A stretch of 63,647 nt of DNA, the filler included, from Octopus bimaculoides (lineage: Eukaryota), in the NCBI RefSeq assembly GCF_001194135.2. It is 4 parts of 4 records of this genome, joined end to end, with 100 filler letters (N's around TTAATTAATTAA, not from the genome) between each part and the next. Parts side by side here need not be neighbours in the genome. Positions count along the whole stretch, not along the records: positions 23,271 to 40,448 come from NC_068995.1; positions 40,549 to 61,851 come from NC_068991.1; 2 more parts are not named here. One strand, written 5' to 3'. Of the stretch, positions 37,176 to 50,179 are shown piece by piece (position 1 is the stretch's first letter; each line of letters begins with the position of its first letter). The position numbers were made by a program, and so were the translations under genes. The notes below the pieces were generated by a model. The model was not told where the DNA came from. It did not search any database and saw only the letters and a list, made by a program, of their open reading frames with translations.

Positions 37176-40100
37176 TCATGGCGACTATATATATATATAT
37201 ATATATATAATGTATGTATATGCATACATATACGCATATATATAGATATTGGTATATATGTGTGTGTGCGTGCATGTATGAATGTACATTATGTATGGAT
37301 ATATAAATGTATGTACGTGTATGTGTATGTGTGTGTTGTATATTTATGTAGTGCATTTACTGGTATATTTCCACATTGAATATGAACCTAATCCAATAAA
37401 TCTTTCAATGCAGGAAACTTTCTGTAGTAAGACAGACAAACGCAGCGAAATAAGATTTTAAAAATGAAGAAATAAATAAATAGATAGATAGATAAATAAA
37501 TAAATAAATATATAAATAAAACGGAAAATTAGAACAGAAGCTTTTTTCATGCTGTTGCTTAATTCTGATATATGTTAAACTTTAAANNNNNNNNNNNNNN
37601 NNNNNNNNNNNNNNNNNNNNNNNNNNNNNNNNNNNNNNNNNNNNNNNNNNNNNNNNNNNNNNNNNNNNNNNNNNNNNNNNNNNNNNNNNNNNNNNNNNNN
37701 NNNNNNNNNNNNNNNNNNNNNNNNNNNNNNNNNNNNNNNNNNNNNNNNNNNNNNNNNNNNNNNNNNNNNNNNNNNNNNNNNNNNNNNNNNNNNNNNNNNN
37801 NNNNNNNNNNNNNNNNNNNNNNNNNNNNNNNNNNNNNNNNNNNNNNNNNNNNNNNNNNNNNNNNNNNNNNNNNNNNNNNNNNNNNNNNNNNNNNNNNNNN
37901 NNNNNNNNNNNNNNNNNNNNNNNNNNNNNNNNNNNNNNNNNNNNNNNNNNNNNNNNNNNNNNNNNNNNNNNNNNNNNNNNNNNNNNNNNNNNNNNNNNNN
38001 NNNNNNNNNNNNNNNNNNNNNNNNNNNNNNNNNNNNNNNNNNNNNNNNNNNNNNNNNNNNNNNNNNNNNNNNNNNNNNNNNNNNNNNNNNNNNNNNNNNN
38101 NNNNNNNNNNNNNNNNNNNNNNNNNNNNNNNNNNNNNNNNNNNNNNNNNNNNNNNNNNNNNNNNNNNNNNNNNNNNNNNNNNNNNNNNNNNNNNNNNNNN
38201 NNNNNNNNNNNNNNNNNNNNNNNNNNNNNNNNNNNNNNNNNNNNNNNNNNNNNNNNNNNNNNNNNNNNNNNNNNNNNNNNNNNNNNNNNNNNNNNNNNNN
38301 NNNNNNNNNNNNNNNNNNNNNNNNNNNNNNNTATATATATATATATATATATATACATATATATATACATACATATATACTCTGTGTGCATGCACACATG
38401 CGCACGTCAATATCAAGTAGGAATTTCTTTTATCAGTGCCAGAGCTATCGCGAGAATACCATCTGGTACTCGCTGCTATTTATCGTTTACGAGTGACTAG
38501 AGATGTATTGGAATGACACACAGAGAACTTCAGTTTTATATTCTTTTGAACTTCATTTACTCTTTTCAGTCATCAAACAGCGGCCATACTGGGTCTCCGC
38601 ATTCAGATGTTTTAATCGATCATATCGATCCTTTATACTTATTTAATCTACTAGAGCTAACTCGCGTCTGAGAGAATTAGCATTAGAATAGAAAATCCTA
38701 GACAAAGAATCCTGAGGAAAGAGATTGGCAAAAGAACATGGATCACCGTCTTGTTTGTCGCAGACTTGAGTCGCTTCATATACCTTTGCAATGTCTTCTG
38801 TGCTACGATATACATAATGAAATCGATGTCAAATTGAGAAACGAAAAGATAACAGCTGTATTTCAGTCTTTAGTTAATCAACATGCAGGATCCCAATATC
38901 AAGATCTGCTCGAATACAACGAACTACCAACGCTGCTATAGTCAAGCAAAACATGGAAGAATTTTTTGAAAATCACTAAATGACTGAAACAAGTAAAAGA
39001 GTAAAAGAGTAAATATATACTAGTTGGACCTGCGGAAATTCCACAGACCGAAAAAGATTAAGGGAAGCTATATAAGAAAGAAAAGATGCTTATTTTTATT
39101 TAGATAAATTATATGATTTTAACATTTCCCTCTGCTAAGTACTTTATATTTTTCTCTTTCTCTCTACTTCTTCAACAAACTTCTAACCATGTGAATTCCC
39201 CTCTTCATGTCTTTAATATTTCTCTCTTTCTCGTCACCTTTTCCTCCCCACTCTACAGCACGTCATCAACACTTCTCTCTCCCACTTTTGTTTCACCTTT
39301 TTTCCTTCAACTAAACACGTGATGTATTTAGCCTTAGTGTATTATATCCCGCTCTTCTTTCTTCTCTACTCACATTTCTCCCCTCCTCTCTCTCTCCCAC
39401 ATACACCACATACTTTTACTCCACCTCTTACTCACTCCACCTCCAACCTCCACCTCACTAACTAACTAAAGTATAACGGGCGAACGAACAAGCAGATTAT
39501 TATACAGATAAGTGCACACTCTGTCCTGTATATAAGACAAACTGGTCACGGCTGGAATGCTTTCCGCCATAGGCCTGTTGAATGGAGGCTGTTGAAACTA
39601 AATAACAACAGTTATAGTTCTGAGGAGATTTCAGATTCTTGGACAATTCTCTCCGTAGAAGAAAATGGTGACTAGATTGGAATAAACTAGAGATATCTTT
39701 ACATTCATATGTCCACCCGGAGTTAGTAGACACACGTACACACACGTTTTACACACCCAACACATAGATGCTTCCCCCCACCACCACCACAAACATACAG
39801 ACGTATATATGCGCACACTCGAGCACTCATATATATGCACATATGCATATTTATATATTAATATATTGATATAATTTTGGGTGTATTTATGCATCAAATA
39901 AAACGAAGACGCAACGCCGCCGACGACGAGGATGATGTTGTTGGTGGTGGTGATGGCAGTATTGGTGATGGTGATGGTGGTGGTGGTGGGAGGGGGTGAA
40001 AATAAGATTTTTTTTCAAGATAAAAGAAACGTGCTTTAATAATGGTAAGTGCTGAAGAAAAAAGAATATTTACGGCTTATGTACCAGAATAGAGAGAGAG

Positions 40101-41466
40101 CCTTATGCTTGGTGCAATCACCTCACTGGAAATAGGTGATGTAATTATTTCCTTAATATAATCTTCGCTTGCCAAATTCCTTTATGCCACTTTTATACAT
40201 ACATATATATACATATATATATTTATACACACATACACACACATATATATACATACATATATATATACACATATATATATATATACTTACATATGTATGT
40301 TGTCAATATATATATACATATACATACAAACACACATGTAACCTATATAATAGATATATAAACACATATATATATACACACACATATATCTATGCATATA
40401 TACATATATACATACACATATACGTATGCATATACGTATGCATATATANNNNNNNNNNNNNNNNNNNNNNNNNNNNNNNNNNNNNNNNNNNNTTAATTAA
40501 TTAANNNNNNNNNNNNNNNNNNNNNNNNNNNNNNNNNNNNNNNNNNNNATATTTTATCGACCTTTGCAGAATTTGAACTCAGAACGCGAAGACGTGCAAA
40601 TGATTCTGCCAGCTCACCGCCTTAGGCCTCACAAATATTAAAAGAAAGAACATGTTTTTAATTATTTTGAGGTCCTTGCGAATTGTGTAGCCCTAAGCAG
40701 ACACTTTTGTAACCCTTGTATAAATTAGGCTCTGCTCTCTGGAGCAGGGTTTTACTCAAAACATCAACACTCTCGCCACGGTATAGGAAATTTACAAACT
40801 TTTATTAAATTATTTTTCATGAAGCCGACTACCTCTGATTTTTATATCATCTTAATGTTCTTATACACCCACGTGTATTGTTCTTTTTTTTTTTTTTTAG
40901 ATTGGATTAATTTTAGCACATGCGCAGTTAGTGTGATGCATGTAGGTTTGGATTTCAACAGCCGTATAAAGCAGAACTTCTTATACAGTTGATGGATTAT
41001 AAAAATGAATTCTGATTTAAGTTATTTTCGTTGGTAAGTGCAACATTATTCATTGGCTTTTGCCCTTTACCATTCTTGAGGTACAAAGAATACCTGACAG
41101 GTTTGCTATTGTTCTTTTTTTTCTTTAGCTACTTACATTCTTAAAAATATCTGCCACTGTTAGAAATTATTTTTGTTTATATTAAAATTTTGTCTTTTAC
41201 TTGAAGAAGGGCCGATAGGTTTCCTATTGTATTTTTATCGATATATATACATGTATGTACGTGTGTGTCCCTGTCGAATAATTTTCCTGTTGCTTAAAAT
41301 AAATAATTCTGAATTTGCTTTTAGATATAACATCGTGTCACATATTTATACATTGTCATTATTGTATAACGTTAATCTCTTATATCATGGTACAAATCTA
41401 AGGCATGTACATTACTCCACACCCTTGTTCACCTTATTTATAAAACCTCTAGTAATTTTTCAGAAC

Positions 41467-41714
41467 GGATAACATAATACATAAGTGTTTTTGCTGACGT
41501 AAAAGGTTGTTCTTCAAAACCTGTAATGTTTTGTACAAAGAGAAGAAAATTGACGGCACTAATTTCATTGGGACATACAGGAAGTTATATTATTTTGCAC
41601 CTAATTTATTCTAGTTGGGTATTAACTTGTACATTTTTTTAAAGAGTTGTAACTATTCACAAATGAGGAAAGGGAAGCGATGGTCCTTTTTATTAAGGTC
41701 ATAAGCTCAAGAAT
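41467..41714. repeat. Diverged local duplication, copy 1 (~250 bp)
   Basis: Aligns with 43267-43534, e.g. agtgtttttgctgacgtaaaa..ttgttcttcaaaacct and ttttgcacctaatttattct. Confidence 0.9.
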
Positions 41715-43266
41715 TAACAAGTGATGTGTTCCCAATACTGCTTAATTCTTTCGCCACTAGTAACTATATGTGGTGCGATTTGCAGCTTAACACACTTGAC
41801 TAGATCTCCAAAAACAAAGCCTCGCTAATATAGTTTTATTGTTTAGGTTTCAAAAGAGTGGCCAGTTATAAATTTAATTTTCTCGAAGTACGTCCAAAGA
41901 GAATTAATATTTATTAGTATAAAATGTTATCAGCTGAGAATTTATGCGCTCCTGCAATTATATATAATCCGTTTCTTCTGGAAAACGGGCTGAGTGTATT
42001 GTTAAAGGTGTCACTGAGGTCATTCGTGCACAAAAGACGTAAATCAAAACGGTGGAGTACAAATTCAAGATAATACGCAATGTTTAGTTTTATACTGTTC
42101 AAAATAGATTTTTCTCCTTTCTTCATTTAGTTCGAAAAGGGAGAGAAAGGATCGTATTCGAGAAACTACGTTAATTTTACTTTCTTTTGACATTAACAAA
42201 ATATCTTAATTATTGCTCACGTGAAGGAAACATATACAAGATTTGTAACTCTTCAGAGCTGAAAAATATTTTGTTCTAAAGACAAATCCGACAAAGAGAG
42301 AGTATAAAAACCAGCGGCATTAGGTAACTACTTTTGGAATTAGAATGGCTAAAGTTAAACATACTACTATTAATAATAATAGAAACATTATTTCGAATAA
42401 TAATAGCGTATTCTTTAAATTTCATTTTAACTTTGTATAAAGATAATCTTAATGTGTGTAAAATTAGTCGTAGTTATTCTTCTTAGCTGTAAAACATAGC
42501 ACAGCTGTCAGTTAATTATATAGCATAGCTCAGCTTTGTTTTCATTGTAAGACAAAATCAAATCGTATTACAGTGGGCAGTAACAAATTTGCTGACATGT
42601 CATTTCCCGTTTATCAAAGACTAGCTACCGCAGTTTCTCGAACATATCGACAACTTTGTCAGAACTTGCTTAAACCAAGCCTTAAAAAAAAAATAAAGAA
42701 TTATAATAATAGATAAAATGGAATTAGATATTCCATCCCCTAAAAAGACGGTATGGTCACGACAGGAAGGCCTTTACATCAGTCTGACCGGAACTAAACA
42801 ACCATAACAAGCTGGTGAGAATTGCGCACTTCTAAAACGCCACCACATCTCGCATTATAAAGTAGTTATTTTTATGCAGTTCTCACTGTCAAATAAAAAC
42901 CACCGCATTGTGATAACAATAGCACGAAATGAACTCTCTACCGGTATCCAATAACACGCAGTCGTGTTTACATTGCTAAATGTAACACCATAACCATTAC
43001 GAAGGGTCAAAAACTCTCGCTTCAATTCATTTTTCTCAGTAGCGAAGTGTGAGGTAATCAGACGGCCACTTTCTATGTTTTGCTGTTGTCGAAGGGTTGT
43101 TCGTTTAACCCTTTACTGCTGAAATACACTGCTTTTCTTTCAATTAATTTTGAAAATAAGCACTTACTAGAATAACAGTCATTATAAAGCCACGTTTTTG
43201 AAACTTGAAATTTTAATGGAGAATTTTAGATCATTTAAAAACATTAATGAACCAGCGAGCGGTCTC

Positions 43267-43534
43267 GGATTAACATAATACACCAGTGTTTTTGCTGACG
43301 TAAAAAATTGTTCTTCAAAACCTTTCAGGTTTTGTACAAAAAGAAGAAAACTGACTTCACTAATTCCATTGGGACTCACGGGAACAGTTATATGATTTTG
43401 CACCTAATTTATTCTGATTGGGTAAGTATCAACTTGTACGTTTGTTAATGATTAGTAACTGTTTACAAATAAGGGATATTATGTTCCGAAGAGGAGCCGG
43501 GGGTGCTTTTTATTAAGGTCGTAATCTCAAGAAT
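43267..43534. repeat. Diverged local duplication, copy 2
   Basis: See 41467-41714; roughly 75% identity by eye with small indels. Confidence 0.9.
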
Positions 43535-43647
43535 AAAATACAAACGAATCATTATAGAATCAACATATAAACGTCATTAATTTTTTTTTTTTTTAAGTAA
43601 ATAACTTTTGTCTTATATGAATGTATGTTTGCTTTTAGTATACAAAA

Positions 43648-44003
43648 TATGGCTGTGTGGTTAAGACGCTCGCTTTGCAACCACGTGATTTTGAGTTCAG
43701 TCCCACTATACGGTACCTTACATAAATATATTCTACTTTAGCCCCGGACCGACCAACGCGCTGTAAATTTTTTAGACGGAAACTGAGTCGAAGCCCATCG
43801 TGTGTGTTTGTTTCCCCCACCACGACGACCACTACCACCACCAATACTTGATAACAGGTGTTGGTTTGTTTACGCATCCTTACGTTGGCGGTTTTGGCAA
43901 AATATTCTTCTAGAATAAGTACTAGGGTCGCTCTCTTCGATTAAACCCTTCGAGGAGGTGTCCCTGTATGGTCACGGTCCAATTACCGAAACCGGCAAAA
44001 GAT
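43648..44003 (+). mobile_element. SINE family A (old, diverged)
   Basis: tggctgtgtggttaagacg...ttgagttcagtcccac...tagaataagtactagg. Confidence 0.8.
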
Positions 44004-44256
44004 ATACATGAAAGATCGCATTGTCTGCTTCAACAAATTACTTCACAAAATATAACAGAAAATTCTGCTTACAACTCGCAAACATAGCTGGGGACTTAGT
44101 CAGGCATCTTTCCCTTGCTTCTTTCTACTGTATTTATACGAATCATTCAGATGGATAAAATGGAGTCTGATTCACACTCATGTGAGTTTATGATTCATAC
44201 TAAGCTGGTTATAAAACAGAGAAAGGACTACATGTTATAAATAACCATTTAATAAG

Positions 44257-44590
44257 TGCAGGTGTGGCTGTGTGGTAAGAAGCTTGCATCCCAACCACAC
44301 AGTCCTAGGTTCAGTTCCACAGTGTGACTGTCTTCTATAGTCTTGGGCCAACCAAAGCCTTGTGAGTGAATCTGGTGAACAGAAACTGAAAAAAGTGTGT
44401 CGTGTGTGTCTCTTTGTGTTTAGGTTCAAATCCCACTGCCATCTGACCAGTGTTGATGTGCTATGTCCCTGTAACTTAGCAGTTCGGCAAAAAGACCAAT
44501 AGAATAAGTATCAGGCTTAAAAAAAAAAAAAAAGTACTGGAATCAATTAGTTCAATTAAAATTCCTCGTGGCAGCAGTCTAATGACTGAA
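44257..44590 (+). mobile_element. SINE family A (diverged)
   Basis: Homology to the other family A copies. Confidence 0.8.
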
Positions 44591-44834
44591 ACAAGTAAAA
44601 AAAAATAAATGATAGTAGTCTAAGAAATAATGAAATAAACCTGAAGATGGGTCCTTTCTTAAATCAGCAGAATTTAAATAACTATATAGATATTTCTTAT
44701 ATGAAACAACAATATTGTTCTTTTTTTTTACTATAATTTTCTACAATATATTTGGCTCTGTTGTTTAAATACAGGCCAGCCTTGATTGAACAAGACCATG
44801 TATGAGTCAGGACAATGATATATAATACAAAAGT

Positions 44835-45045
44835 GGCTAGCTGGCAGAAACATTAGCACGTCGGGCGAAATGCTAAGCAGTATTTCGTCTGCCGCTACGT
44901 TCTGAGTTCAAATTCCGCCGAGGTTGACTTTGCCTTTCATCCTTTTGAGGTCAATAAATTAAGTACCAGTTGCATACTGAGGTCGATTTAATCGACAGGC
45001 TCTCTATCCCAAAAGTTCAGGCCTTGTGCTTGGAGTAGCAAAGAA
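44835..45045 (+). mobile_element. SINE family C
   Basis: gctggcagaaacattagcacgtcgggcgaaatgc...gttctgagttcaaattccgccgagg. Confidence 0.85.
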
Positions 45046-45644
45046 TAATATACAATACATACTTCCTCCTTTTAAGACAACAGTGTGTAAATGATAGTTA
45101 GCTGCTACTTCTGATAAGTTAAGCATATCAGTCCCCTAGTTGGACGTGGTTTTGCAAACATTCAGATTTTGTTTCTTTGCATGTGTACATAAGTAATTGT
45201 GACCTTGATTCAAACACAAGTAATAACATTTGTATATTAACACATTAACTGCCAAATTTTTTTTTTTTCATATTTTTTGGCTTTGCCAGGTATCTTAGGA
45301 GTTAAATAATATATAATGTTCAAATTTTCTTCATAAGTAAATTATTTTGGAAATTATATATTTTTCGAAAAGTCCCAAATGGGGATCGCTGAAAAAAAGC
45401 ATATTTATCCTTTTCTATTCAATTGCAATAATAAACATTTTAGTTTTTTTGAAATTCTAGTATCAAATGGGTATGTGTATGAAATATCAATGAATAATAT
45501 AGATTGGAAATGCAAAAAAAAAAAAAAAATTTTTCAAAACTGTCAATATTTTTGTAGTTCAAAAATTGCAATTCATGACATAAAATGTCCTCTAGAATTA
45601 GCCAGAGCTAATAATGACAAACTTTAACTACTAAATATTCTTTT

Positions 45645-45848
45645 CTACTCTAGGCACAAGGTTCAAAATCTTTGGGGAGGGGGGCAGTCAATTAGATCAA
45701 CCCCAGAATGTAACTGGTACTTAATTTATTGAAAGGATGAAAGGCAAACTTGACCTTGGTAGAATTTGAACTCAGAATGTAAAGACAGCTGAAATACCAC
45801 TAAGCGTTTTGCCTGGCACGCTAATGCTTCTGCCTGCTCACTGCCTTT
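45645..45848 (-). mobile_element. SINE family C (diverged)
   Basis: Reverse complement of the family C consensus. Confidence 0.8.
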
Positions 45849-47329
45849 TATAACTACTAATTATTTTTAAATACACCTCTACAAATGCAATGTACATAAG
45901 CAATTCACTTAAAATACAATGAACAACTAGCAATGAGACTGTTTTAAACAGATCCCCAAATGGGGTTCATGGCAAGCAATGGGTTAAACCCAACTTGCAG
46001 CTGAATATCAATTAGACAAAAGTAAAAGAGACAGTAGCAGAGGAAGAGTTCATCTTGAAAAGAGATTTGGTTAAAGAGAATGGTGATTGGAGTGTACTGA
46101 ATATAAAACTATAAAGCTACTTGTTGGTTTCATTCATTAGAATGTTACCATTAAGCTATCACCTCCAAAGAAGGTGTGACATTTTTTTCTTTTTAAAAGA
46201 CGCTTGGCTGCTAATTCTAGCAGGCAGAACAACAGTATAGAACACCCGCACTGACTCAGGGAAGTAAAGGTAGTCCTGATAAACAGAATGTAGATGAAGC
46301 TAACAAAATAAGACAGTTAAATGTTTCTGTTGTCTTTTACTGTTTTAAATCTCAAAATTAATTGAATTTTGATAACATTTGCATATTTCAGCAAACTTAG
46401 CCTCTGAGTAGTTTCATTACATTTTCCACCTTCATTATTGAGGAAAATTAATTTTTTTAGAGCTAAATTAGTAGTGAGTGGAAATGTTCATACCGTCTAC
46501 AATACCTTTAAGACTGGTAGAAGGAAATACTTAGTCTGGATGCTTAGAAAATTGCATTCTACAAAAAACGCCAAAGAGCCAGGCAGTAGTGTTACAACAG
46601 ACATCTCCTGCCAAAGGATACAGTCCCATGCAAATGCTTCCACAGTTTCCAGCCATCAAAGTTCATTCATAATGCTAGGATCAACCAGAGGTTTTGATAA
46701 AGATTTTTACCCCAAGGTGTTATGCAGAGTGGGATTGGACCCAGAGTAATATAATTGCAAGCGTAAGCATACAGTCGTGCCTGTTACCTTTATATTAAGC
46801 TGCTTCATTAAATATCTACCTGTACTGAGAAACATAAGGGTTAGAACAAAAGTCATGCACAAAATAAGTTCAATATACTCCAGAATTGTCAAAGATGTGC
46901 TTCAATTTTTCTAAAAGTGAATAAAATAAAATAGCATTGAATACACATGTATTTTGTACATAATGAACAAAATGAATAACATAATATAAATAAAATGTCA
47001 AGTGTTTTGGTCAGTGACTTTTGGCCTGCTCTGTGTTTTCTAACATCACTATGGTGTAACTTTTCTTGCTAGATCACAATATCATTTATTTTCATTCATT
47101 GCTGACTCCATGTGGAGCATAGAAGAGACTGCCATGTCTTTCGCTCTTTAGCAATGTTCACAGGTGTAGCTACATGCAAGTGCTTCAGTTTTTGTGAACC
47201 TTTTCCATGTGGCTTTTGGACTGCTACACTTCAATTTCCATTGGTGTGTCCTTGAAGGGCTTGCCTTGTAATGTAAACAAGTTTCCATAAGGTGTATCCC
47301 AACCAACCACATTTCCTCTTTTTGATCTG

Positions 47330-48255
47330 GGTTTCAATAGTCTGGGGAATTAAGTGGCCAGATGTTAGGGGTGGTGATGTCGCAGAAATTGTCTGACAGC
47401 CATGACTGGATTAGCTTGCTTGTGTGGCATGGTACACTCCTGTTGCCAGACATAAGGTCTTTCAGCAGCCACCCTCTTGACCCAGGGATGCACTACTTCC
47501 TCCAGGCACTTGATGTAGGCCTCTATATTGAGTTTGAGGCCATGTGGGAAGATGAATGGAGGCATACCATTGGCGTCACTTGTGATCACTTCAAACACAA
47601 TGGTGTTGACTGGACATTTGATTTTTATCACTCTTGGTACATGTTTTGGGGATACTGATCCTGGTAGAAATTTTTCTTGCTTGAGAAAAACTAAAACATG
47701 TTCAGTTGGAGGGGATGCTTGAGTTTGTTCAAAAGCTTCATAGCATGGTCTTTCCTCTTGTCCTAGTTGGCTTGGGATAAAAATTGGCTGTTTCCCAACT
47801 TGTATGAGGAATACCACATGTCTTCATGCACTACCTGCCTGATAAGACACTCAGACGCTCTCCTATCCCAGGTGGCATATCTGATTGACTTGGAGGGATT
47901 GCTGGCAATCATGGCCTGGATCTCGCTAACAAATTCAGGAGTTCTTTTCTTATCAGAATGATCAGTGAGTTTTCCGAGCTGCCGTACCTTTGTAATCACC
48001 ATTAGATTCATCCAACTCTTTTCAAATCCTCTGCACTGTCTTCAGATTGCTACCCAAACACTCTGAAATGTTCATATTGGAGTTTCTGGCACAAATGCCA
48101 AACACAGTACAGCATGTTCCCAAATTTCTGGTGGAGTGAATTGCGTCATTGTGCTGTCTTTCTCACAGATGGTGCCCAACCGACCCTACTATACTGTGTA
48201 ATCAACAAAATCAAAAGCAAAGAATGGTGACAATTTACCCATCACACCCCATAGA
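47330..48255 (-). mobile_element. Tc1/mariner-superfamily transposon remnant (resembles the DD37D/maT group)
   Basis: KRTPEFVSEIQAMIASNPSKSIR...VVHEDM...FLSQA; VITSDANGMPPFIFPHGLKLNIEAYIKCLEEVVHPWVKRVAAERPYVWQQ; ITTPNIWPLNSPD; multiple frameshifts and stops. Confidence 0.85.
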
Positions 48256-48394
48256 TTGGAACTGGTTCAGGTGATTCTTCGTTCTGCCCTTGAATACTTG
48301 AACACTGCGAAAATATTTCCTGTGGTGTATAGTATAGCAAATATTTATTCATCTCATTATTATGTATTAAATAACAGTAAAATTTCATATATGT

Positions 48395-49270
48395 GCAGGC
48401 ATGACTGTGTAGTCAGAAGTTTCTCAGCTACATGGTTCCAGGTTCAGTCCCACTGACAAGTTTTGGATCTATTTTAAAACGGGGGCCACATTTTTCATTA
48501 ATGTTTTACGTAGTGTTTTTGGTACGGAAAGACTTTCAAACTTCGTATACTTATCTATTTTGTGTTATAGAACAGAAAAATATTTTTGTATTCGAATTTA
48601 TTTCATGTAAAAAATTGTCTTATTTCGATAATTTCAACCAATCACTGACAAGTATTCAGTTGTTTACATTTACTCCTTGGCTGATTAAGCGATGTAAAGC
48701 GTATTTAATCTCCATACCTTCGTTTTATTTGCTTTTTTCATTTTAAATTTGCTTTAACCCTAACCCTAGGGTTAGGGTTAATTGTTTCAGAATCGTTTGT
48801 TTATGTAGTCGGCATTTAATGTATATCGGCTGAATGGACGTCAGTGATTGGTTGAAATTACAGAAATACAACAACTTTAATATGGAATAACTTATGGATT
48901 TCTTTTTTTTTTAAGAAGACTAAGAGAAAAAGATGTTTTATATGACACATTCTACCAGTGTTCCAAGTTTCAAAGTGTTTCATTAATGAAAAATGTGGCC
49001 CCCGTTTTAAAAAAGATCCCAAGTTTCTCCTATAATACCCCAAGGCCAACCAAAGTCTTGAGTGGATCTGGTTGACATAAACTGAAAGAAGTTCATCATA
49101 TATACATCTGTGTGTGTTTATCCCCCACCACTGCTTGATAACTAGGGTTGGTTTGTTTACATCACTGTAAATTGAGTTCAACAAAGGTGACTTAGTAAAA
49201 GTACCAGATCTGTTTGATTAAACCTTTCAAGGTGGTGCTCCAGCTGCAGTCCAATGATTGAAACAAAGTA
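48395..49270 (+). mobile_element. SINE family A split by a MITE insertion
   Basis: Head 48395-48456 (ggttcagtcccactg) resumes at ~49028 (ctataata...ggccaaccaaagtc). Confidence 0.8.
48465..49019. mobile_element. MITE with 39-bp TIRs and 8-bp TSD (Merlin-like)
   Basis: TIR GGATCTattttaaaacgggggccacatttttcattaatg (48465-48503) and its near-perfect reverse complement (48981-49019); TSD caagtttt (48457-48464) / caagtttc (49020-49027). Confidence 0.85.
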
Positions 49271-50094
49271 TGTTTGTATGTGTATAGATAGAGGGAGTGA
49301 GGTATGTGAGGCTAAGTCTGCTAACCAATCATGTGGCTTCAGGTTTAGTCTCACAGTATGACACTGGGCAAGTGTCCTCTAGTCCCAGGCTGATCAAAGT
49401 TCTATGAACGAATTTGGTACATGAAAACTAAAAAACAAAAAAAAAAGCCTGGTGTATGTATATATATATCTGTGACTCCTTGTCTCGGCATCACGTGTTA
49501 ATTGTAAACTAGTGTTGCCATCACATAAGTGGTGACTTTTTTTTTTTCCAATCTTCCATGAAAATAGGTCATGCCATATTACCTCGTTTGGAAATAAGTG
49601 GGGTTTGGTAACACGAGGAACATCAACAAAGAAATTCTGCCTCCAGTTAATCCCTCTGACTCGTGCAACAATGAAAAGTTAAAACAATGATGGTTATATA
49701 CACATTTTTCTCATATATACAATACACGCTTACACTGCTAGAAATAACAGCCATTCTTACAACTCAAAGGCAACACAGCATGAGATAATGTAACCCTAGA
49801 AAACACTGACTGAACTATGAGACAGCACAGTCATGGTTGGAACGCCTTGCTTCATAAGTCTGCTCAGTCAAAGCTAGCCTTGAGGTTAACCAACAAAGAG
49901 GCTAAAAACGAAATTTTAAAAAATGTCAAGTAACTTAAAACGAAATTAGTTGAATCCGCATGTCTACAGCGGCAAATTCTACACATATCTTACAACATCA
50001 ATGTTTTAATTTTCCCTGCGGAAGAGAAGAAAAATCTGGCGTCTCGAACCGATCCCTTTTTGGGGGTCAAGTGTTATCCTACACTCCTTAATGA

Positions 50095-50179
50095 GGAATC
50101 AGGCAAAAGTAAAGAATACGTACGCCCTGTGTTTAGGGTTACGGGATGGTGTACGTATTCTTTACCTCCGCCATGACTT
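50095..50179 (-). ncRNA. Candidate pre-miRNA-like hairpin (no known family recognised)
   Basis: Minus strand ggcggagguaaagaauacguac (50172-50151) pairs fully with guacguauucuuuacuuuugcc (50123-50102), 22 bp including 3 G-U; further basal pairing; 27-nt structured loop. Confidence 0.55.

Noticed and set aside
38738-38941. 67-aa plus-strand ORF and an overlapping minus-strand microexon pair (TEDIAK|DSLSRIFYSN…)
   Set aside because: No family similarity, a weak acceptor for the microexon and no clear downstream donor; too speculative to call.
46438-46749. 103-aa plus-strand ORF
   Set aside because: Non-ATG start, no splice signals and no protein-like features.
48754-48781. Interstitial telomere or chromosome fusion site
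   Set aside because: Only two repeat units per side and enclosed within a MITE; treated as an element-internal motif.
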